A stretch of DNA of 64,000 nt from an uncultured Alphaproteobacteria bacterium (GTDB lineage: Bacteria > Pseudomonadota > Alphaproteobacteria > Methylaequorales > Methylaequoraceae). Every line of letters begins with the position of its first letter. The first letter of the stretch is position 1. The position numbers and the translations under genes are program-made. Below are positions 10,053 to 19,009 of this stretch, piece by piece. The notes under the pieces are model-generated. The model was not told the DNA's origin. It did not search any database and was given only the letters and a program-made list of their open reading frames with translations. The stretch covers positions 26,361-90,360 of the forward strand of contig CABYVV010000005.1 of the NCBI GenBank assembly GCA_902522465.1, in the 5' to 3' direction.

Positions 10053-10682
10053 ATGGCTGAAGAAAACAATCAAGAAAATGAAAAAAAATCCCCATTAAAA
10101 TTAATTTTAATGATAGTTGGAGGAGTTGTTCTTCTAGGATTGGGAATAGGCGTTGGTATATTCATGGGTGGAGGAGATGGTACCGATCCTTCGGCAGAAA
10201 TATCTAAAATTATTGAAAAAAAAGAAAATCCTGACGAAAAAGAAAGTAAAGAAGAAAATGAGGAAGAATTAGCAGAAGAGTGTGCTGAGGAAGAAAAAGA
10301 TGAAGAAGGGAATTGTCCAACTGGGCCAAAAAAAATTCCTAAAATCACACCTGAAGAAGAAATCTTTACAACAACGTATTACGAATTTCCAGGAAACTTT
10401 ACTGCGAATTTGAAAGGATCAAAGAAGTTTCTTCAATTATCAGTTGGAGTTTCAACTCAATATGATGAGCAAGTTATGGTGAATGTAGAAAGTCATCAAT
10501 TAGCCTTAAGGTCAGAAATTCTTACCATAATGTCAGAATTTTCATCTGAAGACATAGCCGGAAAAGATGGTAAATATAGGTTAGCAGAATCTTTAAGAGA
10601 TGGGATTAATGAAGTTTTAGTAAAAGTAGAGGGGTTTGGTGGAATTGAAAATGTACATTTCACATCCTTTGTTGTACAATAG
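10053..10682 (+). CDS. fliL: Flagellar basal body protein FliL
   Basis: N-terminal TM, FTANL motif and C-terminal VHFTSFVVQ. Confidence 0.9.
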   Translation: MAEENNQENEKKSPLKLILMIVGGVVLLGLGIGVGIFMGGGDGTDPSAEISKIIEKKENPDEKESKEENEEELAEECAEEEKDEEGNCPTGPKKIPKITPEEEIFTTTYYEFPGNFTANLKGSKKFLQLSVGVSTQYDEQVMVNVESHQLALRSEILTIMSEFSSEDIAGKDGKYRLAESLRDGINEVLVKVEGFGGIENVHFTSFVVQ

Positions 10683-10696
10683 CAATTAATATAATT

Positions 10697-11677
10697 ATGA
10701 GTGAACCGTCAAGAAAATTATCAAGTGAAGAAGTAAATGCTTTAATGGATGGTTTGAAGTCTGGTGATCTCAGTGCATCTACTTCAGTCAGAGATGGCGA
10801 TGACATCGAATACAAAAAGTTCAATTTTGGATCGGATGACTTATCGCTATTGGGCGACTACTATGCTCTTCGACTAATAAATGAGAGGTTTGCAAGAACT
10901 GTTAGAGGGGTTTTTTTACCTTTACTTAGAGTTCAACCTAGAATAAGTTCTTTTCCACCTGAGGTAAAATCTTTTGAAGAATATAGTTCCGGTCTAGATG
11001 CATTTATGAGTTTGACAAACAGTAGAATAGACGAATTAAGAGGATCTATGTTAACAGTTCTTCCACCTTCTTTTGTGAGTTTGTGTACAAGTAGTAGATA
11101 TGGTGGAAAACTTGAAGTTAATGAGACAGCAAGAACAGAATTCACAGCAACAGAAGAAAAAATAATTGAGGTAATAAACAATGGTATTTCAGATGTTCTA
11201 GAGCAATGTTGGAAAGATCTAACTCCAATTTCGATAAAATTTCAGAGTAGAGAACAAAATCCCCAGTTTGCTGCTTTTGTTGAATCAACAGATCTAGTAA
11301 TAGTTTGTTCTTTCGTCATGCAGTTACCAAATATTGATTCAATGTCTTTCGATGTAGTTTACCCACTTCAAACATTAAAACCAGTTTCTTCCTTACTGAG
11401 ATCCAGAGTGCAATCTGATGTAGTAGAATCTAATATGACATGGAGAGATAAATTAGAAAAAGCAGTTTTAGAAGTTCCATTGATGGTTAAAAGTAATTTG
11501 TCAGAACCAATAGTTTCAATGTCAAAATTACTTAGGATGAAATCTGGTGATACCCTCGCTGTCAACCTTGAGGATACTGTAGATTTTTATGTAGAAAATC
11601 AGAAATACTTTAAAGCAGAAATGGGAGAACTAAATGGTAATGCCTCAGTTAAACTTTCAAATAGAATAAACAATTAA
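10697..11677 (+). CDS. fliM: Flagellar motor switch protein FliM
   Basis: N-terminal LSSEEVNALM CheY-binding motif, INERFAR, YGG...RTEFTATE and a C-terminal SpoA domain. Confidence 0.93.
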   Translation: MSEPSRKLSSEEVNALMDGLKSGDLSASTSVRDGDDIEYKKFNFGSDDLSLLGDYYALRLINERFARTVRGVFLPLLRVQPRISSFPPEVKSFEEYSSGLDAFMSLTNSRIDELRGSMLTVLPPSFVSLCTSSRYGGKLEVNETARTEFTATEEKIIEVINNGISDVLEQCWKDLTPISIKFQSREQNPQFAAFVESTDLVIVCSFVMQLPNIDSMSFDVVYPLQTLKPVSSLLRSRVQSDVVESNMTWRDKLEKAVLEVPLMVKSNLSEPIVSMSKLLRMKSGDTLAVNLEDTVDFYVENQKYFKAEMGELNGNASVKLSNRINN

Positions 11678-11688
11678 GGAGAAAAATT

Positions 11689-12090
11689 ATGAATGCAGAA
11701 ACAGTAGAAAAAGAACAAAACCCAACTGCAGAGGCGAAAGAAAACGCAGCAGAAAAGGAAGCTTCAACTAATGAAAATCCTGTTGACAACAAAGAAGAAT
11801 CAAATAAAAAAGTAGAAACAAACTCTGCCGCTGTAAGTAATCTTCGACTCCTAGAAAATATCGAAGTTAGACTTACTGTTGAAGTTGGAAATACAGAAAT
11901 AAAAATAAAAGATCTTCTAAGATTAAATGAAGGATCAGTTATTGAACTTGATCGTTTAGCTGGCGACGCACTAGATATACTAGCTAATGGAACTAAAATT
12001 GCCAAAGGCGAAGTTGTAATGGTAGGAGAAAAATTCGGTATAAGATTCACAGAAGTTGCAACTCCTGAAGAACTTATGCAGAACTTGTAG
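11689..12090 (+). CDS. fliN: Flagellar motor switch protein FliN
   Basis: LTVEVG, GSVIELDRLAG and IAKGEVVMVGEKFGIR motifs. Confidence 0.95.
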   Translation: MNAETVEKEQNPTAEAKENAAEKEASTNENPVDNKEESNKKVETNSAAVSNLRLLENIEVRLTVEVGNTEIKIKDLLRLNEGSVIELDRLAGDALDILANGTKIAKGEVVMVGEKFGIRFTEVATPEELMQNL

Positions 12091-12106
12091 CGTCATCTAT
12101 TTGACG
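12091..12106. promoter_or_regulatory. Putative FleQ-binding palindrome CGTCA-TCTATT-TGACG
   Basis: GTCA-N6-TGAC dyad about 65 bp upstream of the fliO sigma54 promoter. Confidence 0.65.
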
Positions 12107-12137
12107 TCAATATTTTAAGTTTTTTTTTTTTCAATAA

Positions 12138-12150
12138 AATCAATTGTTTA
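12138..12150 (+). promoter_or_regulatory. Putative IHF site (AATCAATTGTTTA)
   Basis: Exact WATCAANNNNTTR match between the enhancer and the promoter, preceded by a T tract. Confidence 0.6.
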
Positions 12151-12168
12151 GATAACTTTATTTATAAA

Positions 12169-12184
12169 CGGCAAAGTTCTTGCA
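12169..12184 (+). promoter_or_regulatory. Sigma54 promoter of fliOPQR-flhB (CGGCAAAGTTCTTGCA)
   Basis: GG-N10-GC with GGCA and TTGCA, upstream of fliO. Confidence 0.8.
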
Positions 12185-12217
12185 TCTTATTTCTAAAAAA
12201 TTTAAGAAGAGGGAAAA

Positions 12218-12541
12218 ATGCCAGAATATACAGGTCCAAGTTTATCAAACTATTTATTAGTCTTAGGTTTCCTAGCATTGTTATTTATAGGATTCTATTA
12301 CATCAAGAAAAACAGACACATAATTTCTAAAACAATCAATTCCAAAAGAAGAATGAAAGTATCTGAGGTAACTGTGTTAGGTCAGGGAGACAGAGCCTTA
12401 ATCTTAAACTTAGATGATAAAGATTACTTATTCATTTCCGGTAAGAACTCAGGTGCTTTATTAACAGAGATTAAGCATAAAAGTATTAAAACAAATAACC
12501 TTGAAAAGGTGTTTGAAAAAAGGCTAATGAATGAAAAATAG
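12218..12541 (+). CDS. fliO: Flagellar export protein FliO
   Basis: N-terminal TM followed by MKVSEVTVLGQGDRALIL beta domain; immediately before fliP. Confidence 0.8.
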   Translation: MPEYTGPSLSNYLLVLGFLALLFIGFYYIKKNRHIISKTINSKRRMKVSEVTVLGQGDRALILNLDDKDYLFISGKNSGALLTEIKHKSIKTNNLEKVFEKRLMNEK

Positions 12542-13274
12542 TTTAATTATTTTCTTTCTGGTATTTTTACCTACCTTAGCTTTCTCACAGGTTGCTCCTC
12601 AAGGACTTGAGGCTTTAACTATTACAGAATCTGCAAATGGAACAAAAACCTATTCTGTGTCTTTAAAAATTCTTGCCTTGATGACTGCTCTAACAATTCT
12701 TCCATCATTAGTACTTGGCATGACTGCATTTACTAGGATTATAATTGTAATGTCAATTTTAAGACAAGCACTTGGCACTCAACAAACACCCCCCAATCAA
12801 ATATTAGTAGCGATTTCATTATTTTTGACATTTTTTATAATGGCTCCAACTTTCAATAAAATTTATTCGGATGTTTCAGGACCTTACAATAAAGGTGAAA
12901 TGAACCTTACTGAGGCAGTGGAGAGTGGTGGAGGTGAATTAAAAAAATTTATGATTAAAAATACAAGAAAAAATGATTTACTAATGTTTTCACAGATGGC
13001 TAATGAAGGTGATTTTGAAGATAGCACTCAAGTTCCATTTTACATAGTTCTTCCGGCTTATATAACAAGTGAATTGAAAACCGCCTTTCAGATTGGGTTC
13101 TTACTTTTTTTACCTTTTCTTGTAATTGATATGGTGGTTGCATCAGTCCTAATGTCGCTTGGAATGATGATGTTATCACCAATGTTGATTGCACTACCAT
13201 TTAAATTACTTTTATTTGTGTTAGTAGATGGTTGGTCAATGACCGTTGGATCTCTTGTAGGAACTTTTTCATAG
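12531..13274 (+). CDS. fliP: Flagellar export gate protein FliP
   Basis: MTAFTRIIIV, QQTPPNQ, SELKTAFQIG, GMMMLSP and PFKLLLFVLVDGW motifs. Confidence 0.97.
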   Translation: MKNSLIIFFLVFLPTLAFSQVAPQGLEALTITESANGTKTYSVSLKILALMTALTILPSLVLGMTAFTRIIIVMSILRQALGTQQTPPNQILVAISLFLTFFIMAPTFNKIYSDVSGPYNKGEMNLTEAVESGGGELKKFMIKNTRKNDLLMFSQMANEGDFEDSTQVPFYIVLPAYITSELKTAFQIGFLLFLPFLVIDMVVASVLMSLGMMMLSPMLIALPFKLLLFVLVDGWSMTVGSLVGTFS

Positions 13275-13292
13275 TTTACTGAGGAGAATAAA

Positions 13293-13559
13293 ATGGGATT
13301 TGATGAAAACGTTGAAATGATAAGATTAGCTTTCTACCAGGTGCTAATATCAAGTGGTCCATTTTTAGGAGCAGCATTAGCAATTGGATTAATAATAGGA
13401 ATTGTTCAAGCAGCCACCTCTATTCAGGAAATGACCTTAAGCTTTGTACCAAAAATTGTAATTGTAATTTTCGCAATTGGTTTTCTTGCAAATTTTCTTT
13501 TAGTGAGTTTAACAGACTATTTTAATTTTATATTTGATACGATATCAGGTATCAATTAA
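13293..13559 (+). CDS. fliQ: Flagellar export gate protein FliQ
   Basis: QAATSIQEMTLSFVPK motif. Confidence 0.96.
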   Translation: MGFDENVEMIRLAFYQVLISSGPFLGAALAIGLIIGIVQAATSIQEMTLSFVPKIVIVIFAIGFLANFLLVSLTDYFNFIFDTISGIN

Positions 13560-14374
13560 TGTTTATTCCCCTACCCTTTTATAATCCAATGGATGCTCTA
13601 CCTGGTCTTGAGCTTAATTCAGTTTTAGAATATTTATTTAAATTTTTTTTATGTTCAGTTAGGCTCTCAGCATTTTTTATTTCAAGTCCTTTTTTTGGAT
13701 CAAGAGTAATTCCACTCAATATTAAAATTTTATTCTCTTTAGTAATATCTTTTTTTTATTTTGGATATCTATCTGATATTGAAATTTCAAAACAAGTTTT
13801 AGATCATCTATTTATAATTGTAATTGTTGAAGCACTTATTGGGCTAGCACTTGGCTTAACTCTAACGATTTGGTTTGCTGCTGCCAGTTTAGCTGGTGAA
13901 AAAATTGCATCTACAACTGGTCTGGGTTTTTCTCAAATGGTTGATCCTGATACTGGAGGACAGACACCGGTAATAAGTTTAATAATGGATTTGTTTCTTG
14001 TGACTATTTTTCTTTCACTTAACGGGCACCTTATAGCAATTGAATTTTTATTTAAAAGTTTTGAAATTTTTAACATCAACAGTGGACTTCCTCCCATTGG
14101 ATTGGTTGGTTTAGGAATAGAAGCTGCTGGAGCAATGTTCTATACCGGTGGGCTAATTATGCTACCAGTTGTTGGAGCACTTTTAATGACTAATATTGCT
14201 GTAGGAATAATAACAAGAGCTGCTCCCCAATTGAATATGTTTTCTTTTGCTTTTCCAGTAACTATGATTTTAGCTTTCTTCATAATGTATATTTCCTCCC
14301 AATCAATTGGTAATGCTTTTGCTGAATTAACAAAAAGCTCACTTGAATCAATAGAAAACATTCTATCTAACTAA
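13559..14374 (+). CDS. fliR: Flagellar export gate protein FliR
   Basis: GLGFSQMVDP, NGHL and RAAPQLNMF motifs; multiple TM segments. Confidence 0.95.
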   Translation: MFIPLPFYNPMDALPGLELNSVLEYLFKFFLCSVRLSAFFISSPFFGSRVIPLNIKILFSLVISFFYFGYLSDIEISKQVLDHLFIIVIVEALIGLALGLTLTIWFAAASLAGEKIASTTGLGFSQMVDPDTGGQTPVISLIMDLFLVTIFLSLNGHLIAIEFLFKSFEIFNINSGLPPIGLVGLGIEAAGAMFYTGGLIMLPVVGALLMTNIAVGIITRAAPQLNMFSFAFPVTMILAFFIMYISSQSIGNAFAELTKSSLESIENILSN

Positions 14375-14385
14375 AAGGTTTCACT

Positions 14386-15537
14386 ATGGCAGAAGATAGA
14401 GACGAAAGTCAGGAAAAAACACAAGAACCCACACCCAGACGATTGGAAAAAGCCAAGGAGGATGGGAAAGTCTTATCTTCTAAGGAAGCATTTGTGTTTA
14501 CTTCAATGTTTGTTGGGGTATTACTATTTTATTTATCACCAATGTTATTGGATGATTTTCTAAAGATATGTAAATCTTTTTTTTCATTTGGACCTGAAGT
14601 AGCAAATGGAAAATCTCCTTTAGAATCTATGGCTACGGTTATTAGGTTTTTATTACAAGTTTTTTTGATTTTCTCAATACCACTCCTTATTGTAAGCATC
14701 ATTACACAATTTGTTGTGGGTGGTATAAATTTTTCAATAAAGTCTATTTATTGGAAATTTGAAAAATTGAATCCAATAAAAGGATTAAAAAGAATTTTTT
14801 CGATAAAAGGTTTGGTTGAATTAATAAAAGCAATTCTAAAAGTTACATTGCTTGGCGCTGTATCTTTTTTTGTAATCAACAAATATTTACCAGACATTAC
14901 AAATTTAACGAGCGCCAATATTTTTTCTGCAGTTAATAGAATGACTTCTTTTTTTCCTGAGTTAGCTCTTGCTCTTATGTTAGTTCTGGCATTTCTTGCA
15001 ATTATAGACGTGATTTATCAAAAATATGATTATATCAAACAATTAAGAATGTCCCATCAAGATCTTAAAGACGAATACAAGGAAACAGATGGACAACCAG
15101 AAGTAAAACAAAAAATTAGAAAATTACAAGCTCAAGCTGCAATGAAAGGAAGAAAGGAAGCTTCATCAGTTGATGATTTAAAAGAAGCAACAGCAATAAT
15201 AACAAACCCAACCCATTTTGCCGTAGCATTAAAATACGAGGTAGGTGAATCAACAGCTCCAATAATAATTTCTAAAGGAAGAGGTAAAAATGCCGAATCA
15301 ATTATTAAAAAAGGAAAAGAACTTGAAATAGGAACAATGCAAAGTCCAAAATTAGCAAGGGCTCTTTATTACACATGCGAAATTGGAGATGAAATAATTA
15401 GTAAACTTTACAATGCAGTTGCTATTGCATTAGCTTATATTTATAAAGTAAATAACGGAGAAGAAATCGAGAAACCAGAAATTGAGTTGCCAGAAGATAT
15501 GATTTATGACGAATTTGGAAGAAAAAATGATAAATAG
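14386..15537 (+). CDS. flhB: Flagellar export protein FlhB
   Basis: EKTQEPTPRRL, LNPIKGLKRIFS and the autocleavage motif NPTH. Confidence 0.97.
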   Translation: MAEDRDESQEKTQEPTPRRLEKAKEDGKVLSSKEAFVFTSMFVGVLLFYLSPMLLDDFLKICKSFFSFGPEVANGKSPLESMATVIRFLLQVFLIFSIPLLIVSIITQFVVGGINFSIKSIYWKFEKLNPIKGLKRIFSIKGLVELIKAILKVTLLGAVSFFVINKYLPDITNLTSANIFSAVNRMTSFFPELALALMLVLAFLAIIDVIYQKYDYIKQLRMSHQDLKDEYKETDGQPEVKQKIRKLQAQAAMKGRKEASSVDDLKEATAIITNPTHFAVALKYEVGESTAPIIISKGRGKNAESIIKKGKELEIGTMQSPKLARALYYTCEIGDEIISKLYNAVAIALAYIYKVNNGEEIEKPEIELPEDMIYDEFGRKNDK

Positions 15538-15748
15538 AGGAATTTCTCAACTCATTGTAACAATAGCATTTTTTTATAGCTCTATTATATGTCATTTTAA
15601 AGCTATGGAATTAATTGAAGAAAATAAATTGTTTTTTGCTATTTTTTTGTGGTTTTGTTCTTTTTCTTCTTTTTGTGGCGCATTAAGATTTCAAATAGCA
15701 AAAATGGTTTATAAATTAAGGGATTATTTAAAAAATGAATCAAAATAA
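15527..15748 (+). CDS. Small membrane protein (2 TM), unknown function
   Basis: Overlaps the flhB stop and the next gene start; two hydrophobic segments. Start at 15527 preferred over 15506. Confidence 0.55.
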   Translation: MINRGISQLIVTIAFFYSSIICHFKAMELIEENKLFFAIFLWFCSFSSFCGALRFQIAKMVYKLRDYLKNESK

Positions 15749-15935
15749 CTGCAGCATTTGTATGCATTTTTATGTGACATACAAAAAAAATTTTCCTTAC
15801 GGATGCAAAGCATTCGGAATAATATCAAAAAATAACCCATATTCCGAAATTAAAAAAGTTTCTGGCACAAATTGTGCACTATTTTCAAAAAAAATAAAAA
15901 ATGATAAAATAAAGATAAAAGGAAGAATTGCATGA
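15735..15935 (+). CDS. Small 4-Cys protein (CxxC...FPYGC...SGxxC), probable metal-binding
   Basis: CSICMHFYVTYKKNFPYGCKAFG...SGTNCALF resembles a widespread small Cys-rich hypothetical family; overlaps both neighbours. Confidence 0.75.
   Translation: MNQNNCSICMHFYVTYKKNFPYGCKAFGIISKNNPYSEIKKVSGTNCALFSKKIKNDKIKIKGRIA
15863..15878 (+). promoter_or_regulatory. Possible internal sigma54 promoter (TGGCACAAATTGTGCA) upstream of the motF-like gene
   Basis: Perfect TGGCAC -24 box and GG-N10-GC spacing, with GTGCA at -12. It lies inside the Cys-rich ORF, 54 bp before ATG 15932. Confidence 0.5.
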
Positions 15936-16657
15936 CACAACAACTTAATGCAATGCAAGAAAGCATAAAGATAGCGCTTGACGCAGCAGATGCTGCTACT
16001 GATGTAACATCTGAATACAAAAGAATAAAAAATGAATATTTAAAAACGGAGCAAAAAATGAAAGAAATCCATAAATATACTACTATCATTTTTTCGGGTT
16101 CTATTGCGACAGCAGTAATTGCAATAATCTTAACAGGATTATTATATTTTAAATCTCTATCAGAGCTAGAGGAGATGACGAGTACTAGTAGAGAAGCACT
16201 AGTTGTATTTGCTGAAAATGTTGAAAATGTTAATAAAGCAGTTGATAACATGAACTCTAGTCTTGCAAGACACACTGACCTACTCAATGCAAGCGAAGAA
16301 ATGAAAACTAAAATCGAAGAACTTTCCTCTGCCATTAATTCTAATGATAAGAAGCTAATGATTAACTTATCCAAAGAAATTACAAATTTATCTAGCGGTT
16401 TATCTAAATCAATAAAAAACGAAACCGAAAAGCTCGGAAAATCAATTCAGGAGTCAGGAGTTATGACTTCAGCTAGTGTTAATAAAGAAATTGGAAAGTT
16501 ATTGAAAGATAATAAAAAAAACCAAAATGTTAAATTATTAAAAGAACTTTCTAACAGCACTTCTTCGCTAAATGCAGCATTAGAGGCAATTTCAAGTCAA
16601 AATAAGCTTTTAGTTAAAGAAATTAAAGACCAAAAAGAAAACATTACTTTCCCATAA
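15932..16657 (+). CDS. Single-TM coiled-coil protein, MotF-like by size, topology and position
   Basis: 241 aa, TM at about residues 51-72, long periplasmic coiled coil, downstream of flhB. Confidence 0.5.
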   Translation: MTQQLNAMQESIKIALDAADAATDVTSEYKRIKNEYLKTEQKMKEIHKYTTIIFSGSIATAVIAIILTGLLYFKSLSELEEMTSTSREALVVFAENVENVNKAVDNMNSSLARHTDLLNASEEMKTKIEELSSAINSNDKKLMINLSKEITNLSSGLSKSIKNETEKLGKSIQESGVMTSASVNKEIGKLLKDNKKNQNVKLLKELSNSTSSLNAALEAISSQNKLLVKEIKDQKENITFP

Positions 16658-16661
16658 AAAA

Positions 16662-17444
16662 ATGGCTGAAAAAGAAGAAGGAAATTTTCTAATAAAGATA
16701 GATAAATTAGTCAATGGGAGTTATGCATTCAAGGTCTTCCTTAAACCAAATGATATCATTGTAGCTTTAGACAACCAGTTCTACACTTTTGGAGAAAAAC
16801 AATTAACCTCTGACCTTAAAGAAATAAAAACAAATCAACAAAAAGCTATTCTAACAGTTCTTCGTGATGATATTTTTTTTGACTTAAAAGTTGAAAAAAG
16901 CCTTGGTTGTAAGTTCGTGACAACTACCAAAGATGAAACTACCAAAATTAAGTCTTTATATTCTTCCAGAAAAATTTACGAAACTGAAGAACTTAATGAA
17001 TATATTGCTATGCGAGATGTTTACAGAAATTATGAAATAATAGAAAATTCGAGTTCATTATCAGCGGGAATTTTTCCTCCCTTATGGCTTGCTTACTCAC
17101 AAAAATGGTGGGTGCTATTTTTATTAGTTGCGATCATGGGAATTTCTCTTTGTGTAAATTCATACCTTTTTTTATTGGGTTGGTTGCTCACCTCTATATA
17201 TTGCTACAAAGCTCAACTGAATTTGCTTTTTAGCTTTTCTATGCTTGAAGGAAAAGTTTTTTGCATGAAATTGGTTGCTAGCTCAATGGATGAAGCACAA
17301 AAAATAGTTAGACAACTTGATCCAAAATCTAAATTCAAATTCACAAAACTTCCAAATCCTCTAATTGAAGAAGTAGACGAAAAAAAGGACAAGAAAGAAG
17401 ATAAAGAAAACATTGTTGATGAAAAAGAAACTGTAATAGTGTAG
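16662..17444 (+). CDS. Membrane protein with N-terminal PDZ-like segment and DUF2628-like TM region
   Basis: GSYA...LKPNDIIVALD...LTVLRD resembles PDZ; AGIFPPLWLAYSQKWW resembles DUF2628. Confidence 0.6.
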   Translation: MAEKEEGNFLIKIDKLVNGSYAFKVFLKPNDIIVALDNQFYTFGEKQLTSDLKEIKTNQQKAILTVLRDDIFFDLKVEKSLGCKFVTTTKDETTKIKSLYSSRKIYETEELNEYIAMRDVYRNYEIIENSSSLSAGIFPPLWLAYSQKWWVLFLLVAIMGISLCVNSYLFLLGWLLTSIYCYKAQLNLLFSFSMLEGKVFCMKLVASSMDEAQKIVRQLDPKSKFKFTKLPNPLIEEVDEKKDKKEDKENIVDEKETVIV

Positions 17445-17453
17445 TATCAACTC

Positions 17454-18053
17454 ATGGTTGCAGATAAATATACTATACAAGCCGAGACTTTGATGAAGGC
17501 TGCAATTGAAGATTACACTGAAATAATTCAAGAAGTAAAATCTTCAGATGCAAATCTTACAACACTTAAAGGAATCCGAATAAATATCCAAGGAAAACCA
17601 AGAAGGTTAGTTGATGTTGGAGATATTAAAAAAACTGAAAATGAAAATGTTGTTCAAATACTAGTTTTTAATACTGATCATATTCCACTTCTAACCGAGA
17701 AGATTGATGAAGTAGAATTTAATTATGAAGTAGATGGACAATTTATTAACACAGACTTACCTGAACCAGGTTACAAACAATTAATGGAAGTAGTCGATGA
17801 TCTAAATAGAAAGAAAAATTCTGCCAATGCAAGATTGACAAAAGCCAAATCAGAAGCAACGACTAGAGCAAGAACAGCTCTTGAAAATGATTTTATTTCA
17901 CAGGGGGTTGCTAATGCTGTCTCGAGAAAATGTTCTGAAATGTACGAACTATACTCATCCCAAATAGACGAACTTACAATGCAAAAAATCAATGATATTT
18001 TAGGTGATGAATATTTTGAAAAATATAAAAAAGAAGAGTTAGACTTAGAGTAA
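17454..18053 (+). CDS. Divergent ribosome recycling factor (RRF)-like protein
   Basis: Colinear with Frr by eye: LKGIRINIQGKPRRLVDVGDI, ILVFNTDHI, DGQFINTDLPEP, FISQ, QIDELTMQKINDIL. The conserved Arg motifs are absent. Confidence 0.65.
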   Translation: MVADKYTIQAETLMKAAIEDYTEIIQEVKSSDANLTTLKGIRINIQGKPRRLVDVGDIKKTENENVVQILVFNTDHIPLLTEKIDEVEFNYEVDGQFINTDLPEPGYKQLMEVVDDLNRKKNSANARLTKAKSEATTRARTALENDFISQGVANAVSRKCSEMYELYSSQIDELTMQKINDILGDEYFEKYKKEELDLE

Positions 18054-18054
18054 A

Positions 18055-19008
18055 TTAAAGTTTTAAATTCAAATTTGATCCTTTAATTTTTAATTCTTGA
18101 TTAAGATATTTTTGTTTCATAACATTTTTATTATCCTGCATATTAGCTTTTTCATTTAATTCATTGGGTTGCCATATTGGATAATCAAAGTTTATCTCCC
18201 TAAATTGCTGAATCTTATTTCTATCTACTTCATCCACCTTTTGAGAAACATCAATTTTCTTTTTCTCAGTATTTACAAAAGGTTTTATATCAACTTTTTT
18301 ATCATAATTTGTTGGATTTTTTTGAATTAGTTTTGGAATTTCTCTATTGGAATCTTTAAGATTATTTTCATATCTTGAAGCAGATTTCAACAAATCGAAA
18401 CTAGCCAACTCTTTATTATCTTTTTCATTAGTGATAGATTCTTTGATTGAACTAATTTTATTTTGTTTATCATTTTTTGTTAATTCAGCATTAATAGAGC
18501 TAGAACTTAACTGACTCCTTCTCCACCATTCTCCAGTTTCATTTTTGGTATAATATTTAAGGTTAGTATTATTTTTTTTGTTTTCAGCTACATTACTATT
18601 TTCAAAATTCTTTTCTTTGTCTTTCCATAGATTACTTATTCCACTGGCATCAAGAGCAAGTTCAGTTGGAGTTTTGTCAAAGATTTTATTAAAAACCCAA
18701 TTTCCAAATCCAACCATTGCCCCTATTGGGCCACCGTACATAAATCCACCCAGACTATTTTGAATGAGATCTCTATCAGATTTATCATCATCAGAGTTCA
18801 TACTTGAGTAAATACCACTTACAAGAGGAAGATTTTGTAGTGGGTTTACAAGACCTCTAAACCAATCCCAAAATGACGATGTAGCTGTTTGATCTTTATT
18901 TTCTTGATTATTACTAATAGAAGTCTTTGTTTCTAAATTTTCATTAATTTTTTTAATTTGAAACTTTTGATTTTTAATTGAATGAAATGGGCTGTCTTGA
19001 ATATTCAT
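18055..19008 (-). CDS. Hypothetical protein with conserved-looking NPLQNLPLVSGIY...GGFMYGGPIG core
   Basis: Starts 2 bp after the motB stop; short conserved-looking core within N/K-rich disordered flanks. Confidence 0.75.
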   Translation of the reverse strand: MNIQDSPFHSIKNQKFQIKKINENLETKTSISNNQENKDQTATSSFWDWFRGLVNPLQNLPLVSGIYSSMNSDDDKSDRDLIQNSLGGFMYGGPIGAMVGFGNWVFNKIFDKTPTELALDASGISNLWKDKEKNFENSNVAENKKNNTNLKYYTKNETGEWWRRSQLSSSSINAELTKNDKQNKISSIKESITNEKDNKELASFDLLKSASRYENNLKDSNREIPKLIQKNPTNYDKKVDIKPFVNTEKKKIDVSQKVDEVDRNKIQQFREINFDYPIWQPNELNEKANMQDNKNVMKQKYLNQELKIKGSNLNLKL

Positions 19009-19009
19009 T

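Noticed and set aside
6969..15537. Injectisome-type T3SS or ATP synthase interpretation of the export genes
   Set aside because: FliE, F, G, K, L, M, N and the stator genes show the system is flagellar.
15735..15935. Uracil-DNA glycosylase label often attached to similar small Cys-rich proteins
   Set aside because: At 66 aa it is far too short and lacks UDG catalytic motifs.
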